Notes: generated by a model from the sequence alone, not told the origin. DNA of 64,000 bases from Terriglobia bacterium (GCA_965223005.1 CBDCVK010000002.1:384001-448000); one strand, 5' to 3'; numbered from the stretch's first letter, positions 52,597 to 62,974 are shown. Made by a program: numbers and translations.

Positions 52597-53958
52597 ATGG
52601 GTTTGGAATCTCAACAGCAACTGCTGGTCACACTGCTGGTAAAAGTTGGCGTCGTGGCTTCCCTGGCCAGCATCCTGGTGCGCTCCGGGGCGTTCAAAGC
52701 GCTGCTGTTCCGGGAACGGCGTGCCCTGGCTCAGAGCCTGCAGCTGGGATTGTTCTTAGGGGTGGCCTTTGGACTGGGAGTGGCCGTGCGGGTCATCCTG
52801 AAGTACAAGGCGCCGGATTTGAGCGTGGAAGGCACCCTGCTGGCCGGCTTGCTGGGCGGCCATCTAGCGGGGGCCGTGGCCGGGGCCCTGGTGGCGCTGC
52901 CCGCTTTGCTCAATGGCCAGTTTGTGGCCCTGCCCTTGTTTGTGATCGTCGGCGTGCTGGGCGGGGTGGCCCGCCGCCTCTCCCCGGAAGTGGAAGAGAT
53001 CTGGCACTTCTCTCCGTTTGTGGATATGAACATCTACCGTTGGTACCGGTACCGCTTCGGCAAGCCCCGCGGCGACTGGCAGATGATGTTCTTCCTTTTT
53101 ATTGTTGCGCTTCAAGCCGGCTGCCTGCTGCTCGGTCGCGCCTCCGAGGGGCGTCTGTATTACCTGGACCCGGTCAACAACCTGCTGTTCTACCTCGACT
53201 CGGCCAACAACCTGCTGAAGGTGGCCATCGTCTTCGCCAGCATTGCTTGTGTGGCTATCCCGATCAAGATCTGGAACAACACCCGTAACGAGATCATGCT
53301 GGAGGAGCACCGCCGCCTGCTGGTGGAAGCGCGTATGGACGCCCTCACCAGCCAGATGCATCCCCACTTCTTGTTCAATGCTTTGAATTCCATCTCTTCG
53401 CTGACCCGGCTGGATCCGGAACTGGCTCGCCGGATGATTCAGAAGCTCTCCAACATCCTGCGACGGCTGCTGCGCCGCCAGGAGACGTTCGCCTCGCTCA
53501 GCGAGGAGCTTGCCTTCGTTGACGACTACCTCGATATCGAGGTCGTGCGTTTCGGCGACGAGAAGTTGCAGATTGTCAAAGAACTGGACCCGGAGACGCT
53601 GGAGATGCAGCTGCCCAGCATGATCCTGCAGCCCATCGTGGAGAACAGCATCCGGCACGGGCTCAGCCCGCGGCTGGCGGGCGGGGTGGTGCGGATTCAC
53701 AGCACGTACCGCGATGGCCGGCTGCTGCTGGAGGTGGAAGACAACGGCGTCGGGATGCTGAGCGAGACCCTGGCCCAGGCGGCCGGTTGCGGTATCGGCC
53801 TCAGCAACGTCCAGGAACGCCTCCGGGTGCTCTACGGCACCGACTTCGGATTCCGCATTAATTCCCAGCCGGGGCGGGGAACTCGGGTTGAGATTGAACT
53901 GCCCGAAGTCGCCATGCCGGCGACGGCAACGCGTTCCCTGGCGCCGGGGGCCGACTGA
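52597..53958 (+). CDS. LytS/YehU-type membrane sensor histidine kinase
   Basis: N-terminal TMs; SQMHPHFLFNALN, LQPIVENS..HG, DNGVG, GIGLSNV.ERL. Confidence 0.93.
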   Translation: MGLESQQQLLVTLLVKVGVVASLASILVRSGAFKALLFRERRALAQSLQLGLFLGVAFGLGVAVRVILKYKAPDLSVEGTLLAGLLGGHLAGAVAGALVALPALLNGQFVALPLFVIVGVLGGVARRLSPEVEEIWHFSPFVDMNIYRWYRYRFGKPRGDWQMMFFLFIVALQAGCLLLGRASEGRLYYLDPVNNLLFYLDSANNLLKVAIVFASIACVAIPIKIWNNTRNEIMLEEHRRLLVEARMDALTSQMHPHFLFNALNSISSLTRLDPELARRMIQKLSNILRRLLRRQETFASLSEELAFVDDYLDIEVVRFGDEKLQIVKELDPETLEMQLPSMILQPIVENSIRHGLSPRLAGGVVRIHSTYRDGRLLLEVEDNGVGMLSETLAQAAGCGIGLSNVQERLRVLYGTDFGFRINSQPGRGTRVEIELPEVAMPATATRSLAPGAD

Positions 53959-54107
53959 AGTTCAGGACGTAGTAGGTTGCGCGTTATGGCGTCGTGCCGG
54001 GGGGCGCGGCGGTCGTTCGCGCCGGGTTCCCCGTGTGGCTCCTGGTACCTTGCTCGTCCTCGACTGATTGACTGAGGGTGTTGGGCCTCGATACGATAGG
54101 CAAACTG

Positions 54108-54185
54108 GTCCCTATCGTCTAGCCCGGCCTAGGACATCGCCCTTTCAAGGCGGAAACGCGGGTTCGAATCCCGCTGGGGACACCA
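54108..54185 (+). tRNA. tRNA-Glu(TTC)
   Basis: Acceptor GTCCCTA/TGGGGAC, anticodon loop CTTTCAA, GGTTCGAATCC, CCA end. Confidence 0.96.
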
Positions 54186-54576
54186 CTCCTACTCCTACAC
54201 TTACGGGTTCTGGCTCCGGCAGGCTGGCAGGCCCGGTATCGCCCTGGTAACAAACTGTACCGAAAACCGTGTCCAAGCCTCGAACCGCTTCGGCCGGGAA
54301 AGCCGTTTCTTCCGATTCGCTTTCCCGCGGGGTTAGGCCTGGCACCAGTCCTTCGTGTGGGATGCTTCGGTTCCGCATACTCAAACCTTCACGGAGCCTG
54401 TTTTACGTGGAATTTCCGATTTGATTTCGCCCCTCGCCCAAGAGCATACGCCAGCCGCCCTGCCGACTCAAGCGCATCTCCAACGACGTCGGCTGGCTCA
54501 AGGGTTCTTTCTTTCCATTCTGTTCGCTTCAGGAGGATCGGCGAGACGGTTCAAGACTAGGAGAGAGGAATAGCTG

Positions 54577-55857
54577 TTACCAAGCTACAAGCGCATTCTC
54601 AAAGAGCCGGGCAAGCTCCTCTCGCCCGGCCTGGCGTGGCGACAATTTGGTGACGCGATGTTGGGGCAGTGTCCCTTCAACCAGCTTGGGGATGTCATCC
54701 GAACCGTATCCCAGTGCCTTCAACCCGTTCGGGACTTTCAGGCGGTTCATGAAAAAAGTGATCTGATCAGCCAGGATCTTTCCTGCATCCGCCGCATTCG
54801 CTCGAGAGACATCCGCCCCCAGCAGCTCTGCGGCCCGCAGGTGACGCTCCGGGCAGGCCTGCGCCGTAAAGCGGAACACCGCCGGAGAGTTCAGAATCAC
54901 GGAAATGCCGTGTGGCACCAGAGGGTGATCTATCACGTAGCCATCAGGACGAAAGTCGCGCACCATCCCTGAAACCGAGTAAGACATGCCGTGCGGCAAG
55001 TGGACGCCTGCGTTTCCGAATCCGATGCCAGCGTAGGAAGCCGCAAGCAACATCTGGGCGCGTGCTTCCTCGTCGCTCGGATCTTCGACCGCTCGAGGCA
55101 AGTAGCGCGAGACCATTCGCAGTGCTTCGAGGGCCCAGATGTCACTAATCGGATTGGAACCTTGATAGGCAGGGCGAAGGACGGGGCGCTCCGGCAAGGG
55201 GCGCTGATGAAACGGCACTGCTGTATATGACTCGACAGCGTGACTCAGCACGTCCAGCCCTGCCGAAGCGGCAACCTGTGGAGGCAATGTTCGAGTGTTG
55301 TCAGGGTCGAGCAGGCCGAGCATGGGCTTTAAGCGGCGGTCCGCAATCCCGGTCTTGGCATGCAACTTCGCTAAGTCGAAGATCGCCACTCCGGTTGTCT
55401 CGCTGCCGGTGCCGGCCGTGGTTGGGACCGCGATCAGCGGCTTCAAAGAGCCGGGAACCGGCATCCCCTTGCCAAGGGGAAGATTCACATAGTCCAGAAA
55501 ATCTGAAGGTGGGTAAGTGGAGTAGAGATTCGCCGCTTTGGCCGTGTCGATAGTGGACCCGCCGCCCACTGCAACGAAGCCTTCGAACCTTCCCCTGCTT
55601 GCAAACTCAATCGCGCCTTTGAAAGATTCATCGGTTGGTTCAATGCAAACCAGGTCGAACAAGCTGAATTCAACCTTGTTGTCGTTCAAAGACTGGAGAA
55701 CCCGGGCCACTGGGGGTAACTTCCCCAACACCGGGTCCGTGAGCACCATCACCCGCTTTACTTTCATTTCGAGGAGATCCATGCCAATCTCCCGAGTGAC
55801 TCCCCGGCCAAACCGGATGCTGGAAGTTGCCATTTCGAACGCGGTTTCTTGGGTCAT
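54577..55857 (-). CDS. Hydroxyacid-oxoacid transhydrogenase (ADHFE1-like Fe-ADH)
   Basis: GGGSTID, PTTAGTGSETT, AYQGSNPISD, FGNAGVHLPHGMSY, PHG. Confidence 0.9.
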   Translation of the reverse strand: MTQETAFEMATSSIRFGRGVTREIGMDLLEMKVKRVMVLTDPVLGKLPPVARVLQSLNDNKVEFSLFDLVCIEPTDESFKGAIEFASRGRFEGFVAVGGGSTIDTAKAANLYSTYPPSDFLDYVNLPLGKGMPVPGSLKPLIAVPTTAGTGSETTGVAIFDLAKLHAKTGIADRRLKPMLGLLDPDNTRTLPPQVAASAGLDVLSHAVESYTAVPFHQRPLPERPVLRPAYQGSNPISDIWALEALRMVSRYLPRAVEDPSDEEARAQMLLAASYAGIGFGNAGVHLPHGMSYSVSGMVRDFRPDGYVIDHPLVPHGISVILNSPAVFRFTAQACPERHLRAAELLGADVSRANAADAGKILADQITFFMNRLKVPNGLKALGYGSDDIPKLVEGTLPQHRVTKLSPRQAGREELARLFENALVAW

Positions 55858-56163
55858 GAAGCCAGCCCTTTTGCAGCGTTCAACCTGAGTCTTTGCGTTA
55901 CAGGTGGACGGGTACGATCACCTACAAGAGCAATGTTGCAAGCCTAACATATGCTCGTCACACTTCTGACCGTGGCTTGCTGCTCGCTGGTACCGAACTC
56001 GTAGCATCCTACCATGTCGAAAGACGAATCGCGGGTAGCCGATCGTAACAGTCCCATCCCCGCGCCGGCGACCTTCATCAGTTACAAGAACCACAAGTGT
56101 GTGCGATGATGAATCGCCTCAGCGACGGGTCAGAAGCGCGGGGCGCCTGAGAGGAGAGGCTCG

Positions 56164-57240
56164 ATGAATCTCGGCGTCTTTATGATGCCATTGCATCCAC
56201 CGGAGAAGCAGCGCACGCTATGCTTCGAGGAAGATATCGAGCTGGTAGTTCGCGCCGACGAGCTGGGATTCTCCGAGGCCTGGATTGGGCAGCACCACAC
56301 GCTGGCCTGGGAGCCAATTCCCTCCAGTGACGTGTTCATCGCCAACCTGCTGCCCCGGACCAAGAACATTCGGCTTGGTCCCGGGGTGACCATCGTCCCC
56401 CAGCATCATCCCGCAAACGTAGCCGTCCGGCTCGCTTTGTTGGACCACTTGTCGCGGGGACGGCTGAATTGTGCTTTCGGACAGGGCGGCGTACCGACCG
56501 ATCACGAGTTGTTCAACCTGCCGGACCCCAAGACGCAGGGGCTCATGACCTTGGAAGGCATCGATATGGTTCTGAATTTGTGGCGGGCCGAAGCCCCTTT
56601 CGATTTCCGTGGCCAATTCTGGCGCATCCGGATTGAGAACCCCAACCGTGAACTGGACAGCGGCACCCTGTTGAAACCCTATCAGAAGCCGCACCCGCCT
56701 ATCGCGATGAGTGTGATCAAGGGTCAGTCCATGGCGGCTCAGACGGCTGGGTGCCGGGGCTACATGATGCTCAGCACGAACATGGTGCCCATTTCCACCT
56801 TGACCAGTCACTGGAGGGTCTACTGCGCCGGAGCAGAGCAAGCGGGCCGTCCAGCGCCCAGCCGCTCCCTTTGGCATGTGGCGCGAAGCATCTACGTCGC
56901 CGAGACGGACTCGGAAGCCTGGGAGCATGCCCGGACCGGCACCTTTGCCCGTTCGTTCGCCTACCTGATCCAGCTGCTAAAATCTGCCAACATGCTGAAC
57001 GTCTTCAAGAGCGATCCGGACATGCCGGACTGCGAAGTCACCTCGGAGTATGTGCTGAAAAATCTGTGCGTCATCGGCAGTCCGGGCAGTTGTATCCGCC
57101 AGCTCCAGCAAGCATGGGAACAGACCGGCGGCTTCGGCACCCTGCTGATGATCGCCCACGACTGGGATGATAAGCCGAAGTGGCTGCGCTCGATGGACCT
57201 CCTGGCCAAACACGTGGTGCCGGTGCTTCCCGCAATCTGA
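56164..57240 (+). CDS. LLM-class flavin-dependent monooxygenase (luciferase-like)
   Basis: F.MP.HP, ADELGF.EAWIG.HH, LDHLSRGRL, KPYQKPHPP. Confidence 0.9.
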   Translation: MNLGVFMMPLHPPEKQRTLCFEEDIELVVRADELGFSEAWIGQHHTLAWEPIPSSDVFIANLLPRTKNIRLGPGVTIVPQHHPANVAVRLALLDHLSRGRLNCAFGQGGVPTDHELFNLPDPKTQGLMTLEGIDMVLNLWRAEAPFDFRGQFWRIRIENPNRELDSGTLLKPYQKPHPPIAMSVIKGQSMAAQTAGCRGYMMLSTNMVPISTLTSHWRVYCAGAEQAGRPAPSRSLWHVARSIYVAETDSEAWEHARTGTFARSFAYLIQLLKSANMLNVFKSDPDMPDCEVTSEYVLKNLCVIGSPGSCIRQLQQAWEQTGGFGTLLMIAHDWDDKPKWLRSMDLLAKHVVPVLPAI

Positions 57241-57313
57241 GGATCGGCGGAATTATGACTACGAAGTTAGAATTGGGAACCCGATTATAGGGACATCGAT
57301 TGGAGTTGGGGAC

Positions 57314-58483
57314 GTGGAAAAGCAATTGCATGGGGGCGTTGGACGCTTGAGGCCCCCTCATGCGCTGTTTCCCGCCGCTTGCCTACTAACGGTCTGGCTG
57401 CTGTCGGGTACGGACAAAGCGCAACCGCTGAAGCAGACAGACGTTTTCGTCAGCGGCGCCGACGGCTACCTTTCCTATCGCATCCCGGCTCTAGTTGCCA
57501 CCAACCGAGGCACGCTTCTGGCTTTCTCCGAAGCCGAACGGCGGAACCCCGGCCCCGCGGATCACGGCGATATCGATCTGGTTCTCAAGCGATCCACGGA
57601 CGGCGGTCACAGCTGGAGTCGACAACAGGTCGTTTATGCCGAAGGTGGCAGCAAAAACATCACGATTGGAAACCCCGCTCCAGTGGTCGACCGCGACAAC
57701 GGCATTGTCTGGTTGGCGTTCTGCCGCAATAACAGGGACGTCTTTATCACCCAAAGCCAAGACGATGGGAAGACATGGGTGGAACCGAGGCGCATCACCC
57801 AGGATGTGAAGAAACCGGATTGGGACTGGTATGCGACCGGACCGGGGAGCGGAATCCAGTTGCGCTCCGGACCGAACAAGGGCCGTCTTGTGATTCCTTG
57901 TGATCACATCGTGGGCGCATGGCATAGGGACATGGAGACGAAGGGACGCTCTCATGTCATTTATTCCGATGATCACGGCAAGACGTGGAAGCCTGGGCAG
58001 GGCACCGATTACGCGATGAACGAAAGCACAATCGTCGAGCTGGTCGACGGTACTTTGATGTTAAACATGCGCAGCTATCGTGGAAAGAATCGCCGGGCGG
58101 TAGCCATCAGCAAAGATGGCGGCCTCAGTTGGTCGGCGAGCAGCGATGATGCAACGCTGGTCGAAGCCGTCTGCCAGGCCAGTATTCTTCGTTATACTTG
58201 GCCGGAGCAGAACGGGAAGAGTCGAATCTTGTTTTCCAATCCCGCCAGCACGACTCGCGACCATGTGACGGTGCGTCTCAGCTACGATGACGGCAAAACA
58301 TGGCCGATCTCGAAGCTGCTCCATGAGGGCCCCTCAGCCTACTCGAATCTGGCCGTGTTGTCGGATGGGTCGATCGCCTGTCTTTACGAGCGCGGTGCCC
58401 AACAACCCTACGAAACAATCACTTTTGCACGATTTGCGCTCGACTGGTTGACCGATGGAAAAGATACGCTGGCTCTCCCTTAA
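57314..58483 (+). CDS. Sialidase-family (GH33-like) BNR beta-propeller, secreted
   Basis: YRIP motif, Asp-boxes STDGGHSW, SQDDGKTW, SDDHGKTW, SKDGGLSW, SYDDGKTW; AYS; start uncertain. Confidence 0.88.
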   Translation: MEKQLHGGVGRLRPPHALFPAACLLTVWLLSGTDKAQPLKQTDVFVSGADGYLSYRIPALVATNRGTLLAFSEAERRNPGPADHGDIDLVLKRSTDGGHSWSRQQVVYAEGGSKNITIGNPAPVVDRDNGIVWLAFCRNNRDVFITQSQDDGKTWVEPRRITQDVKKPDWDWYATGPGSGIQLRSGPNKGRLVIPCDHIVGAWHRDMETKGRSHVIYSDDHGKTWKPGQGTDYAMNESTIVELVDGTLMLNMRSYRGKNRRAVAISKDGGLSWSASSDDATLVEAVCQASILRYTWPEQNGKSRILFSNPASTTRDHVTVRLSYDDGKTWPISKLLHEGPSAYSNLAVLSDGSIACLYERGAQQPYETITFARFALDWLTDGKDTLALP

Positions 58484-58590
58484 CTGAGAATCTTTCCTGG
58501 ATGATCAAAGAATCCTCCTTAAAATAATCCTCCCGAAGTAGGGGAGATTCATCAATACGCTGACATTTGTGACGAGGGCGACGGGTCGCG

Positions 58591-60300
58591 TCATCTCTTC
58601 GCATCTGTCTCTACGACCCGGTAGGCTGCTGAGCCGACAGTGTCTGTCGGACCGGTGAAGCCTGGTCCTCCTGCTGCAACGTAGCCCCGGCTGGCTCCGT
58701 TCTTTTCGGGACTGACCCAGAAGGCGTACAGACTGCCCTTTCTTAGGTGAAAACGGAACCGCACTGGTGTGCCCGCCACGGTAGACAGATCCTTGGCCCC
58801 TTTCCAAGTGACGCGCTGAAGCGTCTTGTCGGCCGTCACGGCTACGCAGTTTTGGCGGTTAAGCGGCTCGATAACTTTGCCATCTGCACCAAGGACCTCG
58901 ACACGCAGCTCTCCGCCGTCAGCATCGGCGTTGACGAACAGGTACTTGCCCGTGAATCGCACAGGTCTTGTGGTCAGCACACCTGGAGCCTTGCCCGCGT
59001 CCATTGACGCAAAGCCGTCACGCCGTAGCATGGCTAGACCCGTACTGGCCCTTCCGTCCCAATACTCCGCCGACCGGTTACGGCCGCTCATGTAGAAGTA
59101 GAGCTTGTCTCCGACCACCAAGCAACCGCCCCCAGCAGACTGCACGTTGCCCCAGTTCCAATCTCCGTCTTTCTCCGTGACCCTCAAGAAACGTCGGCGG
59201 TCGGGGCGATACCAGTGAAACCCATCCCGGCTGAACCCGAGCAAGACCTCGTTTCGTTTTTGGATTCTGAGCCGAGCGCATTCCCGGTTGGGCGGCCCCT
59301 GATGAACGGTAAACAGTCCGAGCATCAGGCTTTCATAGGCAACAGCGTCCAGGTTGTAGAGCTGCGGCTTGATCTTGGGGAACTTGGGGTGGTGCGGATC
59401 AAGCCTGTCGGCGCCCACCCAGAGGACCTTGTCCTCGTCTTTCCAATTCAATCCCGCTACCGGATTTGAGTGCTCTCGGTAGGCGCGTGACCGTCCCAGG
59501 GGGGAGCTGGATTTTAAGTTGATCCGCAGACTGTAGACCCACACCTTGCGGAAGGGGTTGTAGAAGACGGTCGTCCTGTCACCGATTTTCGGGGAGGTCG
59601 CCAAGGGCTCGGACCAGTGGATCCCGTCCGGCGAACAGCGCAGCGTTAGCCGCCATCCTTTCTGGCTTGCCGTGGCGAACATCTTGTATCGGCAGCTGGA
59701 GTCCTTTTCCTCGTGGTCCAACCAGACCGTGCTCGAATCCCGGTTGTGCGTTAACGTAATGTTGGTACCCTCTTCGACATTGAGCGCAGGTTTGTCCCAG
59801 TGGATCCCGTCCTTGCTTGTGGCGTAGCTAGTGGTCCGCAGGTATCCGCCGGTGTACCACATCTTGAAGAGCCCGTCTGCGGGATCATGCCAAACGCCGT
59901 CGCTGTAAACCGCCGCGAAGGGAACTGTGTCCTTCTGTTCCCCCGGCTGGTCGCTGTAAATCGGCTCGAAGGGAGGTCTTCCTTTCTGCTCCCACGGTCT
60001 GTCATAAGTCACGACAGGGTTTTCGGGATGGTACTCGGGGAGGTGAAACGTCCGTTTGAGCGTGGTCTGTTCGATGAGGAAATCGTCCACGAAGAGTTGG
60101 CGGCCAACGTCTATGGGAACGACTTCCGGCGGCGCCTCAAGATACGGTACGCGCATTGGTTCACGCGTGAGGGTGCCGTAGTTCGGTGGCCAATCCTTGG
60201 GAAGCTTTATCCCATTGTAGAGGTCCTCCGCTTCCCCGAAGACGGACAACACCAAACCAAAAAGGATGAGAATCGAACAGTGCTTTACATACTTAGTCAT
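58591..60300 (-). CDS. Secreted five-bladed beta-propeller glycosidase-like protein (GH32/43-like) with C-terminal beta domain
   Basis: Signal peptide, RQLFVDDFLI, S.DGIHW repeats, RD, LRRDGFAS, LFVNAD. Confidence 0.75.
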   Translation of the reverse strand: MTKYVKHCSILILFGLVLSVFGEAEDLYNGIKLPKDWPPNYGTLTREPMRVPYLEAPPEVVPIDVGRQLFVDDFLIEQTTLKRTFHLPEYHPENPVVTYDRPWEQKGRPPFEPIYSDQPGEQKDTVPFAAVYSDGVWHDPADGLFKMWYTGGYLRTTSYATSKDGIHWDKPALNVEEGTNITLTHNRDSSTVWLDHEEKDSSCRYKMFATASQKGWRLTLRCSPDGIHWSEPLATSPKIGDRTTVFYNPFRKVWVYSLRINLKSSSPLGRSRAYREHSNPVAGLNWKDEDKVLWVGADRLDPHHPKFPKIKPQLYNLDAVAYESLMLGLFTVHQGPPNRECARLRIQKRNEVLLGFSRDGFHWYRPDRRRFLRVTEKDGDWNWGNVQSAGGGCLVVGDKLYFYMSGRNRSAEYWDGRASTGLAMLRRDGFASMDAGKAPGVLTTRPVRFTGKYLFVNADADGGELRVEVLGADGKVIEPLNRQNCVAVTADKTLQRVTWKGAKDLSTVAGTPVRFRFHLRKGSLYAFWVSPEKNGASRGYVAAGGPGFTGPTDTVGSAAYRVVETDAKR

Positions 60301-60505
60301 GAGACTCACCGCTTTCTTACTTCGTGTGGGCTTCGACACGGCCAGGGGGTTGGAAAGATTCTTTCGAAATACCAAACCCGCGAGAGAGCATCTTAGGCCG
60401 CTCCTGCGGGCAAGTCAATCGAGGGGCATACTGCCGCTGACATTTTTTCTGGTGACCGTAGGTGCTCGCAATACCCAGCACGAAGGCGTGCGCAGCTTAC
60501 CGGGA

Positions 60506-61636
60506 CTACCGCACAGGAGGGAAGCCTAGCGCGGCCTTCATCACATGGAACACGTCAGTATTGGAGAGGAAGCCGCGGATCCGCTCGGCCCCGGGGCCGT
60601 CGGCGGCCACCATCACTTCTTCAGCGGTATGGCGGCCTCCGACGATCTGGACGTGAGACAGGACGTCGTCGCCGATCTTTGCCTCCGTCAGGCGCAGGTC
60701 GTAGGAATGGTCAGCGGTCACCACCAGCAGCGTCTGACGTGGATCGGTCAGGGCCCGGGCGCGCCGGGCGCTGCGGTCCAGGCGCAGCGTGTTGTCCAGC
60801 GTCTCACGGGCGCTGTTCTGGTGGCTGTTCCATTCCACCATCAGGAAATAGCCGCGGGGATTCCGGGAGAGAAGAGAAATCGCCTTTTCCACCACTGCCT
60901 CCGGTTCGTACAGGCAGGGAAACAGCGCCAGCACCTTGCCGTCCTTGTTCGGCTGGACCGCCAGGAACTCTTCCGGAGTTGGCGCGTAGTGGTAACCGCG
61001 GGTGCGCATTTCGGCGATCAGGTCGCGCCCATCGTTGCGCTCGCCGCCCGCGGTTCGCGGCAGGAATGACTCGCGGCCCACACCGACCAGCACATCCACG
61101 CCGTCGCCGAAGCGTGGCGTCAGCAACTGCGCGGCGATCTCGGTCTCTTTCGAGCGGTCATTCACGTGCGCGTAGCAGACGGCGGGCGTTGCACCAGTGA
61201 TCCTGTCGTTGGTCACCAGACCGGTTGAGAGGCCGCGCTCTTCGGCATACTCCAGCAGCGTTTTTAGTACCGGGCCGTCTTTTTTTCCGCGCACCAAGCC
61301 TTGCGGACCCTGGCTGATGACCCCATTCAGCGTTTTGCTTCCGGTCATCAGTGCCGTCATCCCCGCGGCCGAGTCGGTCACCCACGAATCGGCCGAAGAA
61401 GTGTCTGACAGGCCGAGGTGGGGCAGCGACTGGATGAAGAGCGCGCGGCTGTGCTGGTGTCCGTAAATGCTGGCGGTGTTAATGGTGGAAAGCCCCATGC
61501 CGTCGCCCACAAACAGCACCAGGTTCCGGGCCCTCTTCGGGGAAGGCGGGGGCGCAGCGAGTCGTGGCTCGCGGAAGAGAAACGATCCCGCGAGCACCAG
61601 GAAAACCAAAACTGCTGCTCTATTTCGTTTCATCAT
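60506..61636 (-). CDS. Alkaline phosphatase
   Basis: LFVGDGMG, VTDSAA (active Ser), ATPA, FLMVE, VTADH, HT.E.V. Confidence 0.92.
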   Translation of the reverse strand: MMKRNRAAVLVFLVLAGSFLFREPRLAAPPPSPKRARNLVLFVGDGMGLSTINTASIYGHQHSRALFIQSLPHLGLSDTSSADSWVTDSAAGMTALMTGSKTLNGVISQGPQGLVRGKKDGPVLKTLLEYAEERGLSTGLVTNDRITGATPAVCYAHVNDRSKETEIAAQLLTPRFGDGVDVLVGVGRESFLPRTAGGERNDGRDLIAEMRTRGYHYAPTPEEFLAVQPNKDGKVLALFPCLYEPEAVVEKAISLLSRNPRGYFLMVEWNSHQNSARETLDNTLRLDRSARRARALTDPRQTLLVVTADHSYDLRLTEAKIGDDVLSHVQIVGGRHTAEEVMVAADGPGAERIRGFLSNTDVFHVMKAALGFPPVR

Positions 61637-61758
61637 TCCTCCACGAGTCCGTATCTGGGTGTCCCGGTGTATCTCAGACGCCACGATCGGTTCGTCCCGA
61701 ATTTCCCATCTGAGCTTCCCTTTGGCCAAAAAGCATACACAGCTGCAACCTAGTCAAT

Positions 61759-62520
61759 CTAGCTCGTGGAACCTCGCTGGGCTTTTTGCTGTCCCATGCG
61801 TTGATGTGCGATCTCTAGTAGGTTCCCAATTTGCGCCCCCTTCGAGTACGTTACAAGTCCCCAATGAAAGGCCAGCTTGTAACCCTTGATGGGATGCTCG
61901 CTGTTCCAGCGATCCGCCATCTCATACAAACGTTCGACGACCATTTGGGCCTTCTGCTCGCGAACCCCAAGCATCAGCACCACGAATTCATCCTTGCCGT
62001 AGCGGATGAGCGTGTCCGAACCGCGAAAGTTTTTCTTGAGGAGTTCGGCAAACCCCTCAAGGACCCGGTCACCTGTAGAGTGCCCCAGAGATCGAAAGCC
62101 ATTCAATTTGAACATCACGAGCGTTAGGCTTATTTCCGGTATGCGCTCGACCCAGCGGATTTCCTTGGAGACTCGCTGGTCCAGATACTGTTGATTCAAG
62201 AGACCTGTCAATGGATCTACCAGCGAAAGGTCTTTAGCTCCCACTTGGCCTGCCAGCTGCTTTCGGGCGTCGAAGATGAGGTTCCGCTTCTTGCGAGCAT
62301 TCAGGCTGAAATGAATGCTCCCAACGATGAAGACGAGGCAGAGTAGAGGCAAGTACCACTCTTTCCATCGGTAGAGGCCCAAGCTCGCCCTCCAATGGGG
62401 TAGCGCTGCAATGAGCAACGCCACCCCCGTGGCCAAGACAAACGCGAGAGCGGTGCCTTGGAGTCGAAGCTCCTGGTTTTCCAAAGTCCTCATTTGGTGA
62501 CGGAGTTCCTCAGGTTTCAT
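61759..62520 (-). CDS. Membrane-anchored degenerate GGDEF-domain protein
   Basis: 2 TMs, DPLTGLLN, GH..GD, RYGKDEF in place of GGDEF. Confidence 0.85.
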   Translation of the reverse strand: MKPEELRHQMRTLENQELRLQGTALAFVLATGVALLIAALPHWRASLGLYRWKEWYLPLLCLVFIVGSIHFSLNARKKRNLIFDARKQLAGQVGAKDLSLVDPLTGLLNQQYLDQRVSKEIRWVERIPEISLTLVMFKLNGFRSLGHSTGDRVLEGFAELLKKNFRGSDTLIRYGKDEFVVLMLGVREQKAQMVVERLYEMADRWNSEHPIKGYKLAFHWGLVTYSKGAQIGNLLEIAHQRMGQQKAQRGSTS

Positions 62521-62559
62521 GTGAATCCTTTTCTAGTATCTAGTACGACAAATCGGAAG

Positions 62560-62830
62560 AAGAGGCAGCACCACCTCTCGCCGGCCATCCTACGCCCGGT
62601 CGGGAGGCGAGTCAACGTGGTGAGCTGGCCAGTCGCCCCGCTGGGCTTTCGCCTGGCCCCAGGACTAGAGTCCAACCGGCCATCCGCACTGGTGCTGTCG
62701 GCAGCTTCGGCCGCGACTACACTCTGCGCTTCCCTCCCGTGGCTCCGTCACCGTGGCCTTGTCCGCCTGGCTGCCGTGATCCCCAGCCGGTGCTCGGCGG
62801 GCTGGGGACAAGTTGCGGTGTCCCAGCGAT
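62560..62830 (-). promoter_or_regulatory. Candidate structured RNA leader, resembles a degenerate c-di-GMP-I riboswitch
   Basis: Minus strand GGACAAGGCCACGGTGACGGAGCCACGGG...GCGGCCGAAGCTGCCGA; several GC stems; by eye only. Confidence 0.35.
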
Positions 62831-62974
62831 ACGTATACTTCTTCGCCTCAAGCCTTGCATCGGGCCTTCGAGCTGTTGGAAAAGATAAACTTCCAGGCTG
62901 CCAGAGGCTCAAAACCGTTGCTAGCCCCTGCAGATTTCTCTACACTTGCAAAAGGGATGTCTGTAAGTCATTGA

